Shown in pieces: positions 45,444 through 57,351 of a DNA stretch of 64,000 nt (positions are counted from its first letter, which is position 1; each line of letters opens with the position of its first letter). The notes under the pieces are model-generated. The model searched no databases and had not been told where the DNA came from. It saw nothing but the letters and a program-made list of their open reading frames with translations. A program made the position numbers and the translations under genes. Source of the DNA: Elsinoe ampelina (taxonomy: Eukaryota); the NCBI GenBank assembly GCA_010093995.1, contig ML992508.1, positions 1,210,282 through 1,274,281 of the forward strand, written 5' to 3'.

Positions 45444-48400
45444 CTACGGCCCAGCAAACTTCCCAAAAACCTTCCTCCCCCCGAGCAAAAGTCTGCTCTT
45501 CCTCTTGTCCCCTCCCTCATCCTTCGGTCCCCCCTCCTCCTTTCCCCCGTCCTCCTTCTCCTCGTCTCCCTTCCCCTCCCCCTTGCCGCTGGAATTACCA
45601 CCCCCGTTCGGCCCCGGAGATGATCTCGAGAACGACCCGCTCGAGTTCTGCGTGCCGCTGCGGCTTCGTCCTGAGCCGAGGCCGGAGCCGAGGCCGGAGA
45701 AGAGGCGGATGGAGGATTTCAGGCTACGGTTCTGGGATGCGTTAGGCGTGGTCCCTTGAAGATAAGGGACAGGGCAAAAGAAGAAGGGACTCACGTCTCC
45801 ACCATTACTCTCCACTCCCACGCTATTCTGCCTCAACGGCGTGCCGTTCAGGCTTATACTCGGCCCCTCCTGCTCGCCTCTCGAGACCTGGCCTTCAGTC
45901 GCATCTTGGCCCGTCGCCGAGCGCTGGACGCCATTTGGTCGGGCTTCGGTGGAGGCTCGACTCCGTGACGAAGGGCCGCTGCCTGTGCCTGTGCCTGTGC
46001 CTGTCCCGTCGCCGGTCTCGTCGTCTCTCGTCATGCTCCGGCCTAGCATACTGCCCTCCTCACTCTGGCTCTTCCCGCTGTATAACGTGGTGCCGGACGC
46101 GCGACCCCATGCTTCGCTCTCTTCTGTCTCGGCGAACGCAGAACTCGCGTCTTCGCTGACACGGTTTGCCTTTGTCCCGCCGGAGAGTAGTAAGCTCTCC
46201 CTCATCCCCTCTACTCGTCCTTGGACCCGTCCGGGCGCGCGTCGGAATTTGTTCCCGACGATACGCCCGGCATGACCGACCAGCGCCTTGAGAACCTCGC
46301 GCTTGAGCTCCATGGCGAGATCAAGGTTGGACCAGGTCTTGTTGCGGTACTCGATGATGGGGAGGCGGAAGACGAGGTCGTGCACGTCTTCAATGTTCCG
46401 CTTGCCTTGGCCTTTGTAGGAGAGGCAGAGGATGAGGGAGTGGATGTGGAAGTAGCTCAGGGTGATGTAGTTGGAGGCGCGGGACAGCATGAGGGTGAGG
46501 TCGTCAGATTGGGAATTGGGGTTGGAGGTGTCCTTGCCGTTGGTGGATGGTGCGACGTCTTTCTTGGACTTGGAGCCGCTGCGGGTCAGCTCGGCAGATT
46601 TGCGGATTGATGGTGCAGGAGGTTTGCGCTTGTCCGATTGTGAGGCGGGGGAAAGGAGGTCGTCGGCTATAGAAGCCTGGCTTGGTGTTCGTGAAGTGAT
46701 CGAGAGGTTAGATGGAGTCGGTTTAGAGGTTGGAGTCTTGTTGCGTTGAACGCTTGACGACGAGCGATTCTTGTGCTGGAACAAAGACCAATGTGCGCTG
46801 AGATTGCCGTGGGAGTCGGAGATACCCAGCCCTTTCTGCTTGGTCTTTGGAGTCGCTTTTGGATCAGATAGACGCAGAGTTGGCTGCAACCTTGACTCAA
46901 GAGTACCAGCACCTGTGCCTGTACCTTGGTGGTGCTTCTCTTCGGGAATCGATGTTGAAGGCGGGCTCGCGCCTGAATCTTGAACAGGCAGGCCTTTGTC
47001 AGAGTCCTCCGTAGATGGCAACATCTTTTTGACCATGAAAGGCGAGAAGCCTGACCCTTCGAAAGCAGACCCGCCAACACCTGGGAAGATGTATTCGAAC
47101 AGTCGCTTGGCAACTTCTCGTTCCAGCTGGACACGAACAGGCACAAGGTCGATCTCGAAGTAGTCTACCACCGGAATACCGGCAATGGCTTCAAGCATCA
47201 ACCATTGCACACGCAGCATCTTGTTCTCTTCCTTAAGTTCCGGATAGCCACCCTTCTCATCCACGTACGGGGCAATGAGATCCCGGTAGATGGCGTTCGG
47301 CAAGAAGTTGTACCCATTGATGCGCCCGAACTCGACCACGTTGCTGTTCGAACCATCATTGTTGTCTGTCCGCTCAAAAGTGGTATCCCTGATCTGAAAC
47401 TCCAAGAATTTCTGATCTTGCTCGCGGACGAGATGCCAGGCAAGCTCTTTCGCTATCACCAGCCAGTGTAGGATGCCACTTGATGTGTCCTGGGCACCCC
47501 GATCTTCTGTCCTTTGCTGTGATGTCGTGATGGCCTTCATCATGAAGAACAATTCGTCTTCGCAGGATGTAAGATCGTGGTCCATAGCGATTCGATCCTT
47601 CCAGCCTTGTCTGTCGAGCAACTTTTCGTGGATTTGGAAGTGCATCTTGATTTCTTCGAGCTGACGAATACGGCTTTGTAGCATCTCCACCATCTCGGGA
47701 GCACCAGTCAAGTCGCTGAAGTCGGAAGCAAGCATAATCTTTTCCAGGCGCTCGCTGCGAGTCTTCTCGAGCGGTTCGTTATAAAGCAGCAGGTCCATTG
47801 CGATGATGTACAGGGCGTAGTACTGAGCCGAGTCACAAATGGCTCGGAATTGTGGGAACTCGACCGTCAAATGATCCATCCTGTGTTCTGGTCCGTCCGT
47901 CTCTCCTTGACCTTTCGAGATATCGTCATTGTATTTCAGGCGCAGATTGTTGTACTTGTCATATCTAAGACTGGCGGACGTTCTCTGGACGACTCGAGAA
48001 AAGCCATAAGGATTGACGGAAAATTCGTACATGACTTCCATTGGCACCCATGGAGGCCAGAACGATCCAGCTTTGGTACCATACCGATTGCCCGAGTACA
48101 TGTGCAGATAGTCCGTGGAGAATGTCTTTGTACTTGCTACGAAGACTTGCATGCTGTCCATGGCTGCGTTGAATCGCCGTTGCACGAGACCGGATATTTC
48201 GTCCATGACCCTGTCCTTGTCCATGATTTGGATAACTTTGAGATGCATGCCCTTGGCAGCGATCAAGATTACAGATTTGGGATTCTTCTCGCTCTGAAGC
48301 TGGATTTGAGGGGCAATGAGCCTGAAATGATATGTATTCTGGGCGACGAATTCGGTCGAGATTTCGTCATTGTTGGCATCGTAAGTGGTCCTCGGTGTGG

Positions 48401-51400
48401 GCTTGGGGCGATCAGAATCGTCTGCGTCTACAAACGCCTTTCCATCCGACAAAATCTGGGCAATTCGGTCTTCTACAGTCATGTCATCGTCCTGCTGAGG
48501 CGAGAGCGGTTCCGTGACTTGGGAAGATTTTCGGGACGAATCATCCATATGTGGATGACTCGAGCGCTTCTTTTCTTCGATAATGTCCAAGATAAACTTG
48601 ACTGCACGCCGCGACATGTAGTAGACGAAACCTCTGCGCTGACCGACTTGGTGGATGTATCGGAGGATGATGTTTCGCAGGGAATTGTTCCACTTGATCT
48701 GAGCATTATGCACCACGAAACGGTTGTTAAATTCGCCAGACTCATCAGCAAGTGGGACAGAGCTGAGACCTTCGGTCATATGGGCGTTCCTCCATTCAGA
48801 CTCTTGTCGGTTTAGTGCCGGCTCTTGTGTCTCCAAACCTGGAACAGCCGAGGAATCATCTGTCTCCAGTCGCTGTCGGAGTGTTTTGAGCATGCCGTGC
48901 AAGAAGGCGTGCTTGTTTCGGAGAGTTTCTGAGTGCTTCTTGAGATTAGCGAGATCATCGTGATACTTCTGGTCATTCGTGGCGTCTCTGATGATCTTCA
49001 ATTCTGCATCTCCAGCTGATCGCTCGCTGTTGGAGATCTGCTCCATAATCTTATCGAGCCGCTGCTGGATGAGGTCAGCCTGCACCTGACGAGGGTCATT
49101 CCGCTTGGACATGACGCAGTAGTGAGTAGGCTCATCTCCGAATGGGCTCGATCTGGTGGTGTCGCCTGAGACAGAATCGCCATGATCAGTCTGTCGGAAG
49201 TAGGTGAAGCGAGGAGCACTGCCTAGCGGTAAAATCTTGGTCTCTGGATTTGACTCCTGTGGCAAGATCCAGTCCAGCTCCACAAAGTCGTCCATGTCAA
49301 TCCATGTGAAATCATTGTCTGGAATGGTGAACCGAGACATGTCCACTGCAGGCGGTTCAGCTTGAAAACTGGAAATGCCGTCCTCATCACCATTCTCGAC
49401 ATCTTCTTTTGACGTCCCACGAATGTTGGCAGAAACCGCACGTAAGTCGCCAGAGATGAAATCGAGCTGACCTTTATTGATGCGCATTCCGCTGGTCCTC
49501 TTTGGTTCGCCGTCCTTGTTGCCTGGAATTTCAAAGTATTCTCGCCGTTGATGTAGATCTAGCATGAAGCTGTCTATCTTCATCTTCAGCCCAGTGACCG
49601 CCACCGAGTCTGCAGAAAAGTCCTCGGCATCCTTGTGCTTGTACATGTGGGCAATGAAGACAGGGGAAAGGAGCAAGTTGTACTTGATGGTTGCTAGATG
49701 TCGCCCAAACTTCTTGCTAGATTTCTCTTGACTTCCCCACAATGGGCCTTGCCGGACTGGTAAGGACATGACTCCAGAGAAGAGTGACCACCACTTCAAG
49801 AAATGAGTGAAGAAGCGCGGCGTGAGATGGACTGAATTGTAATTGTCCGAAGGCTTGACATTGAGCACGTTCCAGTCTCTGCTTTGCGGTGCAGCTACTG
49901 CTATGGACATGTGGATGTGCTGGCTTCTGAATCCATGATAGGCGTCGTATGGCTTGCCGTCAATAGCTTTGGCGTACTTGGGATGCTTGAGAACGACATC
50001 ATAGTGGTTCCTGAAATCGAAATGGCGCTTTCCATCATCTGTCGATTGTTCGAACATGAGACCGAGAAGCCATTGTACATTACCGGACAGCTTCATGACC
50101 ACCTTTTTGAACATCGCAGTGGACTTCATGCTGTCTGCGCTAGATGCACTGTTGTCGGTCACTTCCTCGGTGTCGAGCACATGGCGAGCGTAGTGATCGT
50201 AGTCCGGAATAGCTAGGATGTAGTCACCACTGTCGACCGTCATGAATTTTCTCGGATCACCATCTTGTGCGATTCTCCAGCAAACATTGTTACGCCACAC
50301 CATAACGAAGCCAGCACCATCTCCAGTCACTATGTAGGGATCTCTGGAACCTTTGAGGTTGAGGTGGACATCGCCGTCACCTTTCCAAGATACCATAATA
50401 CGGGAATGAAAGCTGAGGCGGATCTTGTCCCAAAAGCCAACTCTATCTGAAGGATCGATAGGAGGCTTAGTAAATCCTTCAATGACTTGCATCATGTCTT
50501 GAATGGCGGGCTGATATGAAGTACCCCATGTGATCCTTGTGGGAGCGCTGGTGTTGATGTCAACCTTCATGTTCGAGTAGGTCTTGACTGGACTGATCGT
50601 TCGCCGAACAACAACCGAATATCCATCTCTGCTATCGTCTGGACCTAGCTTGTCAGGTGGTACTACCATGACTTTTACGTCACGCCGAGATTCGTTGTTC
50701 CTGTATTCCTCCGCGATGACAAAATTGGTCGTGAGAGCAAGACTGGGCAGACGCGGTGATTGACCCGATCTGATGGCCGGAATGTGTATGAGCGGCAGTG
50801 GATAGTCTCGCAAATATGCCCTCGCTTCACCCATCGATATATGTACATGTACGGGTATGAGCAAGCTGTATTGCTGATCGAGCGGGATACCTTTGCCGAC
50901 ATCATGCATGAATTGAGGAAGATCCTTGAGCGGGAAAGACGGCTTGTCCAGAGTAATGCTCAGATCACTGACGCATAGACTAGCGAGGCCAGGTCGCAGG
51001 CTCATACCCATGATCGGCTCTACCTCTTCAGCTTCTTCAGGTAGCTCATCAATGCCAAAGAAGAAGGTGCGTATATCCTTGATCGCATGCCGCTGAGTAG
51101 ACCACGCACGATCAATCCGCTCCTTCCAACTTTGGGCATTGAAGCGATTGAGTACGTCTTTGGCCTGCTCGATCGAGCGATTGACCGAGCCGCCCATATC
51201 GCACTTGCCCTCTGTATCGTACCGCAGCCTGCTTTGATGGTGTGTCCTGGTCGATGGGCGGGCGCTAGAACTGCGAGGTCTCTGGTCTAGGTCTGGAGAA
51301 GTCTTGTCCCGTTGCAGCGGTCTTGCTGATCTTGCGCGAGCTTGAGAGCCCCTACGCTGTCCTCTCGGATTCATCCTCTTTGCTTTGAGGTCGTAGGCTT

Positions 51401-54400
51401 GTTCTCTGGCCAGCCGCTGCCGCTGTTCCAGCAAGCCTGTCCTGTAGATGACGCCCAGCTTGTATTCAAATGGACTGTCTTCGATCTCGAAGATCATGAC
51501 TTGCGTGCGTAGAGAGATCTTTGGCACGTGTTTTGGACCTTCTGGCTTCTTATCAAGTACATAGTCGCTCGAGCCAGTGACGAATTGATGATGAAGCTGC
51601 TCATTTACCTTGACAACGTTGGTAATGTTGTCAAAGATGGAGTGAACGACAAGTTGATGCGGGACACCAATGCGAATTGCTTCTGTAGCAATGTCGATGG
51701 ATTTCTCCTCTACTGTGTTCCTGCCGACCTTCTTCCGCGTTGTCCGTAGATCCACACGAAGTGCCTTCAAACTGACGATCCGACTCCATATTGATTGCAT
51801 ACCTGGTGTTCCAGCATACATTCGAGCAAGTCTGCTTCTCATGAATGGTGTGGCCCAGCGATGTCTACCACCCTCCAGGCCGTAAATTTGAAGCATGAGA
51901 GGTGGATCTGCAGGCATGTTCGCCTTTACCTGGATGAGGCCAGCGCGCACATCGATCGTGGTGATCTCGGCAACGGTCTGGATTGCACCGCTGTCGGAAT
52001 CTGATGAGTGTGGAAGTGCCAGGCTGGCTCTGTGATGACTCTCACGGAGGTTGTACTTTTGTGAAGGTACCGTCTCCGCTACGGATGGAACTAATGTCTT
52101 CTTGAGCAGGACGTAGGCCACACCAATGGCAAAGTGGTTGTACAAGGAGTAGTTGATATAGAGCTTTTCAGCTTTGGCGTTGATGTGAAAAATAGGTCCA
52201 TGCTGATCCGTAGACGTTGAGAATGCAACCTCGAAGAGCGGCAACGCCAGGAAAGGATCCCCCTGAGTGTTGCTGATGGGATCGATGATCAGACCTTCGA
52301 GACCTTCGATGTGCACGGCAAGTCTTCGGCCGTCAGTTGGTGAGATGTTCTTCCTTCGCGGAGAGCTCGATTGTCCTTGTCGTGGGCTTTGTTCTCTGTA
52401 AGAAGCTCGGCTGGTGGAACGTCGTCGGCTAACAGAAGTGAAGATCTCTTCCCTGTTCGCCTTGTGTTCCACGGACCAGGATTCGAGATGTAGACCTACA
52501 CCTCTTGCATATTTTGACACCGAGGACTCCACGCTGGTCACCTCGACATTGAAGTCGGATCCCTCCAGATGAACGTGTTGCAACCAGGCTGGTACACGTC
52601 GAAGAAAGCTCTGTTTCTCGGAATTTTTGGACCTGTCAGCTCCTGCTATTTCTTTGCGCAAAGATAGCACAATCTGACGGAGGCCCTCACAGATTTCCGG
52701 TTGGATAAGAAAGAGTGAGAAGTTTTGAAATCTGCCAGCTACCATCACACTCATCTCCGGGAAAGCATTGATGTCCAGCTTGACCTCGACCGTATCTGCA
52801 AACAAGAGCTCATGTCTAATGCCGTCAAATGTTTGGCCATACAGTCGATGTATAGTGTGTCGGTAATTGATCGACAGAGAATAGTGACTGTCGGAGCTGG
52901 CTTCGTGTTGCGATTCGATATCCATGGCCATGCTAGAGACCGAAGATATGATCATATCATAATCACCTTCTTCGCCTCGCTTGGGCAGCGAGACTCGAAT
53001 GACGGGTTCTTGAACTGCGATCTTTATAGTCGCCTTGGGAAGCAGCTTGGACACGAAGCTGTATCCTACTCTTCGCGATTTATGAGATACTCCTTTGGGG
53101 GAGGCAGCCTGTTTCGATTTGATGATGGCGAGCACAAGGGGAAAGTGCTTTGGATCGACGTCAACGGATGGTGAGGTACACACAAGGTTTGCCAGGAAAA
53201 TGTTCGTGTTCATCTCTCCAAGATCAGAGTCCGAGTGAGAAGCTGAGGTCGCCTGCAGAATCTTTGAGGGCAGAGTGCTCTTGATAGTCGCGGTCACCAT
53301 GGGTATGTAAACCATTCTCTCTGGGTGCTCGTGGCCGTCATCCAGCCCAGCAGCGATTGAAATTGCAGTAAGCAGAGCTTGGTGTGCGACGTCTTTCGGT
53401 GAGAAGTACATGCGGTGAGCAGGACTTTTCGGGTCCAATCGCATCAGATCGAGTCCGACCTCTTTCATGGCAAGATTGAAATAGACGTGCTGGCCAGAAG
53501 TATGCAGTGATTTGATTCGCTTTGAGAGTCCGAAGAAGCCGACAGCTAGCTGAATTTCTTGTATGCCTCGCAGAATGGAACTGGCAAACTCTTTCGAGTC
53601 TTTGATTGCGTCGACTGCTCTCGCATCAGCCTCCGTGTCAGTCTCATCAAACGTGAAGTTGTCCATCTCGAGGCGCGGAGTCGTTGGTACTTCAAACTCC
53701 TCGTCCTGATCCGGAGTCGGCCCTCGCAGAGCCTCCAACCTATCTGCGAGACTCTCAAAGTCGTCATATGGTATGGTCGCCCGGCCCATCTTAACGGCGA
53801 TTGAGGCGTCGCGGAGGCCGTCAAGCTTCTTATGCAAGAATCCGTGAACACTGACAGTGCAGTAGTCAAGCACCTCAGTCGACTCCTTGCCGTCCACAGT
53901 GAGTAGAATGCTGCGCACGATAGACATCCATTCTGCTGGTCGCGCCGTATCGTTTCTTGTCTTGCTGTGCTGGAATAGGCGACTCCGATCGACAGTCTTT
54001 GGTCGCGTGTCCACCGACAAAGTGAATCTCTCCATTCGTAGAGAGCCGACATCTTTGATTATGACAGATGATCGCAGCATGACTAGATCAATGTGTCGTA
54101 ACCAGTCGATCTGCCTGTGAAGCCTCTTAATTCTCTCCTTCCATTCCGTAAGCCTCTCGAAGAGATGCGCCCGATCCTTCTTGCCATCACGCTCCTTGAT
54201 ATTGGCCGTGCCCTTGGGTTTGCCATTTGCTGAACCATTGCTCTTGACATGCGTCCCCGCGGTGTTCTCTTGAGCTGCCCGTAGCGCAGCTAGATCTACT
54301 ATGATGCGTGGCTCGGTCAAAGTGAGGCTGATCCAAGTGGGTTGCGCAAAGGTTGGTCGGTGCAGAGAGATACCAATGCCGCGGATCCTGATTGATATAC

Positions 54401-54557
54401 CATCTCGAGGTGAGAACGCGATCCGTCGGAGACCACTATAGCTCACGCGTTGAATGCTGACACCAGTGATTATGCGCAGAAGCGCGAAAAGGACAAAGGT
54501 GCTCAAGTAGAAGAGAACGCCGAGTCCGAGGACGAACGAAACAGTGGGAAGAGGCAT
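45444..54557 (-). CDS. FMP27: Fmp27/Hobbit (BLTP2) bridge-like lipid transfer protein
   Basis: ~3000-aa ORF, N-terminal TM anchor, GFWDKIRL, WPPWVP, LKGSRDPY, APQIQLQSE, C-terminal LSYKG..DLVFRLP..EYRNKTWSNLDL. Probable 63-nt in-frame intron 45732-45794. Confidence 0.93.
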   Translation of the reverse strand: MPLPTVSFVLGLGVLFYLSTFVLFALLRIITGVSIQRVSYSGLRRIAFSPRDGISIRIRGIGISLHRPTFAQPTWISLTLTEPRIIVDLAALRAAQENTAGTHVKSNGSANGKPKGTANIKERDGKKDRAHLFERLTEWKERIKRLHRQIDWLRHIDLVMLRSSVIIKDVGSLRMERFTLSVDTRPKTVDRSRLFQHSKTRNDTARPAEWMSIVRSILLTVDGKESTEVLDYCTVSVHGFLHKKLDGLRDASIAVKMGRATIPYDDFESLADRLEALRGPTPDQDEEFEVPTTPRLEMDNFTFDETDTEADARAVDAIKDSKEFASSILRGIQEIQLAVGFFGLSKRIKSLHTSGQHVYFNLAMKEVGLDLMRLDPKSPAHRMYFSPKDVAHQALLTAISIAAGLDDGHEHPERMVYIPMVTATIKSTLPSKILQATSASHSDSDLGEMNTNIFLANLVCTSPSVDVDPKHFPLVLAIIKSKQAASPKGVSHKSRRVGYSFVSKLLPKATIKIAVQEPVIRVSLPKRGEEGDYDMIISSVSSMAMDIESQHEASSDSHYSLSINYRHTIHRLYGQTFDGIRHELLFADTVEVKLDINAFPEMSVMVAGRFQNFSLFLIQPEICEGLRQIVLSLRKEIAGADRSKNSEKQSFLRRVPAWLQHVHLEGSDFNVEVTSVESSVSKYARGVGLHLESWSVEHKANREEIFTSVSRRRSTSRASYREQSPRQGQSSSPRRKNISPTDGRRLAVHIEGLEGLIIDPISNTQGDPFLALPLFEVAFSTSTDQHGPIFHINAKAEKLYINYSLYNHFAIGVAYVLLKKTLVPSVAETVPSQKYNLRESHHRASLALPHSSDSDSGAIQTVAEITTIDVRAGLIQVKANMPADPPLMLQIYGLEGGRHRWATPFMRSRLARMYAGTPGMQSIWSRIVSLKALRVDLRTTRKKVGRNTVEEKSIDIATEAIRIGVPHQLVVHSIFDNITNVVKVNEQLHHQFVTGSSDYVLDKKPEGPKHVPKISLRTQVMIFEIEDSPFEYKLGVIYRTGLLEQRQRLAREQAYDLKAKRMNPRGQRRGSQARARSARPLQRDKTSPDLDQRPRSSSARPSTRTHHQSRLRYDTEGKCDMGGSVNRSIEQAKDVLNRFNAQSWKERIDRAWSTQRHAIKDIRTFFFGIDELPEEAEEVEPIMGMSLRPGLASLCVSDLSITLDKPSFPLKDLPQFMHDVGKGIPLDQQYSLLIPVHVHISMGEARAYLRDYPLPLIHIPAIRSGQSPRLPSLALTTNFVIAEEYRNNESRRDVKVMVVPPDKLGPDDSRDGYSVVVRRTISPVKTYSNMKVDINTSAPTRITWGTSYQPAIQDMMQVIEGFTKPPIDPSDRVGFWDKIRLSFHSRIMVSWKGDGDVHLNLKGSRDPYIVTGDGAGFVMVWRNNVCWRIAQDGDPRKFMTVDSGDYILAIPDYDHYARHVLDTEEVTDNSASSADSMKSTAMFKKVVMKLSGNVQWLLGLMFEQSTDDGKRHFDFRNHYDVVLKHPKYAKAIDGKPYDAYHGFRSQHIHMSIAVAAPQSRDWNVLNVKPSDNYNSVHLTPRFFTHFLKWWSLFSGVMSLPVRQGPLWGSQEKSSKKFGRHLATIKYNLLLSPVFIAHMYKHKDAEDFSADSVAVTGLKMKIDSFMLDLHQRREYFEIPGNKDGEPKRTSGMRINKGQLDFISGDLRAVSANIRGTSKEDVENGDEDGISSFQAEPPAVDMSRFTIPDNDFTWIDMDDFVELDWILPQESNPETKILPLGSAPRFTYFRQTDHGDSVSGDTTRSSPFGDEPTHYCVMSKRNDPRQVQADLIQQRLDKIMEQISNSERSAGDAELKIIRDATNDQKYHDDLANLKKHSETLRNKHAFLHGMLKTLRQRLETDDSSAVPGLETQEPALNRQESEWRNAHMTEGLSSVPLADESGEFNNRFVVHNAQIKWNNSLRNIILRYIHQVGQRRGFVYYMSRRAVKFILDIIEEKKRSSHPHMDDSSRKSSQVTEPLSPQQDDDMTVEDRIAQILSDGKAFVDADDSDRPKPTPRTTYDANNDEISTEFVAQNTYHFRLIAPQIQLQSEKNPKSVILIAAKGMHLKVIQIMDKDRVMDEISGLVQRRFNAAMDSMQVFVASTKTFSTDYLHMYSGNRYGTKAGSFWPPWVPMEVMYEFSVNPYGFSRVVQRTSASLRYDKYNNLRLKYNDDISKGQGETDGPEHRMDHLTVEFPQFRAICDSAQYYALYIIAMDLLLYNEPLEKTRSERLEKIMLASDFSDLTGAPEMVEMLQSRIRQLEEIKMHFQIHEKLLDRQGWKDRIAMDHDLTSCEDELFFMMKAITTSQQRTEDRGAQDTSSGILHWLVIAKELAWHLVREQDQKFLEFQIRDTTFERTDNNDGSNSNVVEFGRINGYNFLPNAIYRDLIAPYVDEKGGYPELKEENKMLRVQWLMLEAIAGIPVVDYFEIDLVPVRVQLEREVAKRLFEYIFPGVGGSAFEGSGFSPFMVKKMLPSTEDSDKGLPVQDSGASPPSTSIPEEKHHQGTGTGAGTLESRLQPTLRLSDPKATPKTKQKGLGISDSHGNLSAHWSLFQHKNRSSSSVQRNKTPTSKPTPSNLSITSRTPSQASIADDLLSPASQSDKRKPPAPSIRKSAELTRSGSKSKKDVAPSTNGKDTSNPNSQSDDLTLMLSRASNYITLSYFHIHSLILCLSYKGQGKRNIEDVHDLVFRLPIIEYRNKTWSNLDLAMELKREVLKALVGHAGRIVGNKFRRAPGRVQGRVEGMRESLLLSGGTKANRVSEDASSAFAETEESEAWGRASGTTLYSGKSQSEEGSMLGRSMTRDDETGDGTGTGTGTGSGPSSRSRASTEARPNGVQRSATGQDATEGQVSRGEQEGPSISLNGTPLRQNSVGVESNGGDVSPFFFCPVPYLQGTTPNASQNRSLKSSIRLFSGLGSGLGSGRSRSGTQNSSGSFSRSSPGPNGGGNSSGKGEGKGDEEKEDGGKEEGGPKDEGGDKRKSRLLLGGRKVFGKFAGP

Positions 54558-55137
54558 TGCCGTCGTGAGTCCATGTGCGCTGGGTGAAATGAGCGCTGTC
54601 TATCGTTTATAGCACGAATTGTAGTGTCGTGTATATTTGCGGCAGCTCGCGGCCTGGTATGCGGCCAGCTTCATCTTCTCAGCCGGATCTCGAGGCTAGA
54701 CTGGGCATTCTCCAGGCTCGTCCGGTGCGCCTTACGATTTTGAGTATCTCGTAGTATCCGAGGCTTCGCAATCAGAGTTGCATTGTGTGTAACAGATAGC
54801 AATGTAACAGGGCGGAGGTGAACGGCGTTGTGAGGTCGATCTTGGATCACCGCAAAGTGGGACCTGTCAAGATCGCGGATAGCGGCACAGCGGAGCACTG
54901 CATCTGGGGATGATGGAGGGTTCACCACTGTCCACCAGGCTGCGGGAGGCACCTCGTTTCATATTGAACAATGGAACAAATCTAGTAGACGGTAAAGTAA
55001 TCATATGTCGTGTCAAGTAATTTCCAAAGCTCTATAGTACATTCTCGTGGTTCTCATGATCATGCGCTGCGAGTACAAGCTCTCAAATCAAGGCCAGTAA
55101 TTCAAAGAAAGAAGAAGGAATGGAGTTCAAGGACAGC

Positions 55138-56813
55138 TCATCTCAGGGCCGGAAAAACTTTCCGTATCCCTCGTCGCCATGCTGGAATCCGTGTCTGTTC
55201 GGCATCCGGATCCATCGGGGCTGCGTTCGGCCCTAGCATGGCTTCCGCTCGCCTCCGTGCTCGCTCCCGCCTGTCCAATGTCGGCGACGCTGGCGGTACT
55301 GATGCAACAGAGTGCGTGGCGGGCTGCGCAGTCGCTGCTGGCGGTTGTGGTGGCTGGCCGCCCATCTCGATATCCGCCTGGTCCCTTCGTCGCCTGTACC
55401 GGTGCATAGCGTGCTCGCGAATGATTTGATTCGCTTCATTTTCAAGGGGACCGAGTCGTTCCGATCGTTCTCGGGCTCGTCGAATGAGTCGCTCCCGCCT
55501 GACCATGGCGTTGGTGATGACATTTGGACAGTAACCAGCGGGCAAAGCTGATTTCTTGCAAAGTGGGCAGAGCGATGAATTCTGTGTAAGGAAAACATCG
55601 ACACATTCTGGGTGAAAAATATGATCGCAAGGTAGCTCACGGACCATGGTCTCATTGGCGATAAAGTCATCCAGGCAGATGGCGCAAGTCGGCTGGTCAA
55701 AGTGATTCGTCGGTACCGAGGGCATCCTGTTGTGACGGCTATTCTCAATCTTCTCGGCGTCAAAGGGCGCGGCGCTGGTAGGACTAGAAGAAGGAACCGG
55801 GCTCCTCCGATCATCGTCAGAGCTGATAGCGGCAGTCGGATCAACCTTTTCATATCGATAGATTGGCATCTTATCGAGGATCTCGCGCGGGACCAGCAAT
55901 CGCTTCACGCCTATAACTTCGAGATCAACCTCTCCGTTGGCAACACGTTGTCGAAGTTGCTGTCGGCGACGTCGCTGGACAAAGTGCATGACCGAGGACA
56001 CAATACCAACGATGGATACGAGCACTGCGAGTATGACGACCAGAAAGATCCAGAGGCTGGGCAGTCCCGCTGTGACACTGAGGTTGATATCAATGTACAA
56101 TTTAGCAAAGTCGTTCCTGTCATAAATCTGTACGAGTTGTTCGCTGTATGGCGCTGAAGTGAGGTTTGGTCCGGAATACTGCGCAGATTGTTGCATAATC
56201 GACAGTCCTACAGATGACGGAACGGCGTACACCGGGTATGGATTATCACCCTTCCATCGACCACCATCGCTGAGTCCCCAAGCGGGATCATTGGCAGATG
56301 GCGGTGAAGTGTCTCCGCGATCTGGTAGGAAGAAGACGAACGACCTAGCTGAGTCTCTCCTCGCGGCGGCCAAGTAGCTCTGTACGCATGGTGGTGATAG
56401 CCATGGAGCGATTGCTACAGGCGGAAAGGCCAAATTGGGCAAATCGCTACGTCTTGTAACGTTTTGTGGGACGTACGGTGCAGATGCATTGTTGCAGGTG
56501 TCGCTGCTGTCGAGCTGTGGTACATATAGAAGTCCTTCAGGAGAGGAGCCCACAGATGCCGAATTGGTGGAGAGTGTGCGTATATTCTCGGGCAGAAGTA
56601 AGTAGAATGAGAGCGTCGTCTATCATCTTGTCAACGTGGATCGATATGACATCTTGTACCTTTGCTCTTACATTGACCCGCTCAAAGTCTCTACGCGCTG
56701 GAGGTCCGAATGCGGCGTTATTGATGACTCTCGTGTCGATCTCGATAGAAGTGGCAGCTGGTGGTCTTCAGTATAGTTTCGCAATCCGCAGTCCGGGGTA
56801 TTGACTTACTCAT
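55138..56813 (-). CDS. Transmembrane RING-H2 E3 ubiquitin ligase (PA-TM-RING-like)
   Basis: TM helix LWIFLVVILAVLVSIVGIVSSVM and RING-H2 CAIC..LPCDHIFHPEC..CPLC. The 5' exons are inferred (4-nt first exon at 56813-56810 plus two introns). Confidence 0.85.
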
Positions 56814-57351
56814 CTTGCGCGATCATGAAAACAGCGTTGCTATGCTCGAACACAAAATGGTGTTTCTCCTGAAGAAGATGGCAGAGTTTACATGGAAGAT
56901 GACGGGTTTAGGACCCTTGCTGCGCAAAGCAGTAGAGACACAAGACAAATGTGTGTGGTGGACGATCTCGGATGAGTGTCATCCATGACCACCATCTCAG
57001 GGCTGCAGTGCTGCACTTTCGCTAGCACTTGGCTATGTAGCACCAAACGAGGGGCGGGGGCGCGTGGCTGTGAGAAGGCGTAATGACGCAGCCACGGATT
57101 TCTGGGAATTTCAACTTGGAAGGATCTTGGCCTCAGGCTTCCAGGTGCCCGATCCGCAACAGAGCCGCATGTTCGAGAGATTGGCGGCCCCACTTTTCCA
57201 GGTGAGCTTCAACTTCGCGACTCACGCTTGAAAGCATCTCCAAACCTTCACTTTTCCACATCTCAACAGCCGCACATGTCAAGTCAGGTCAGGCGCATCA
57301 GCCGTAGTAGTCGCTTCTATCCATCAGCATCTTGACCGGCTCACATTATCA

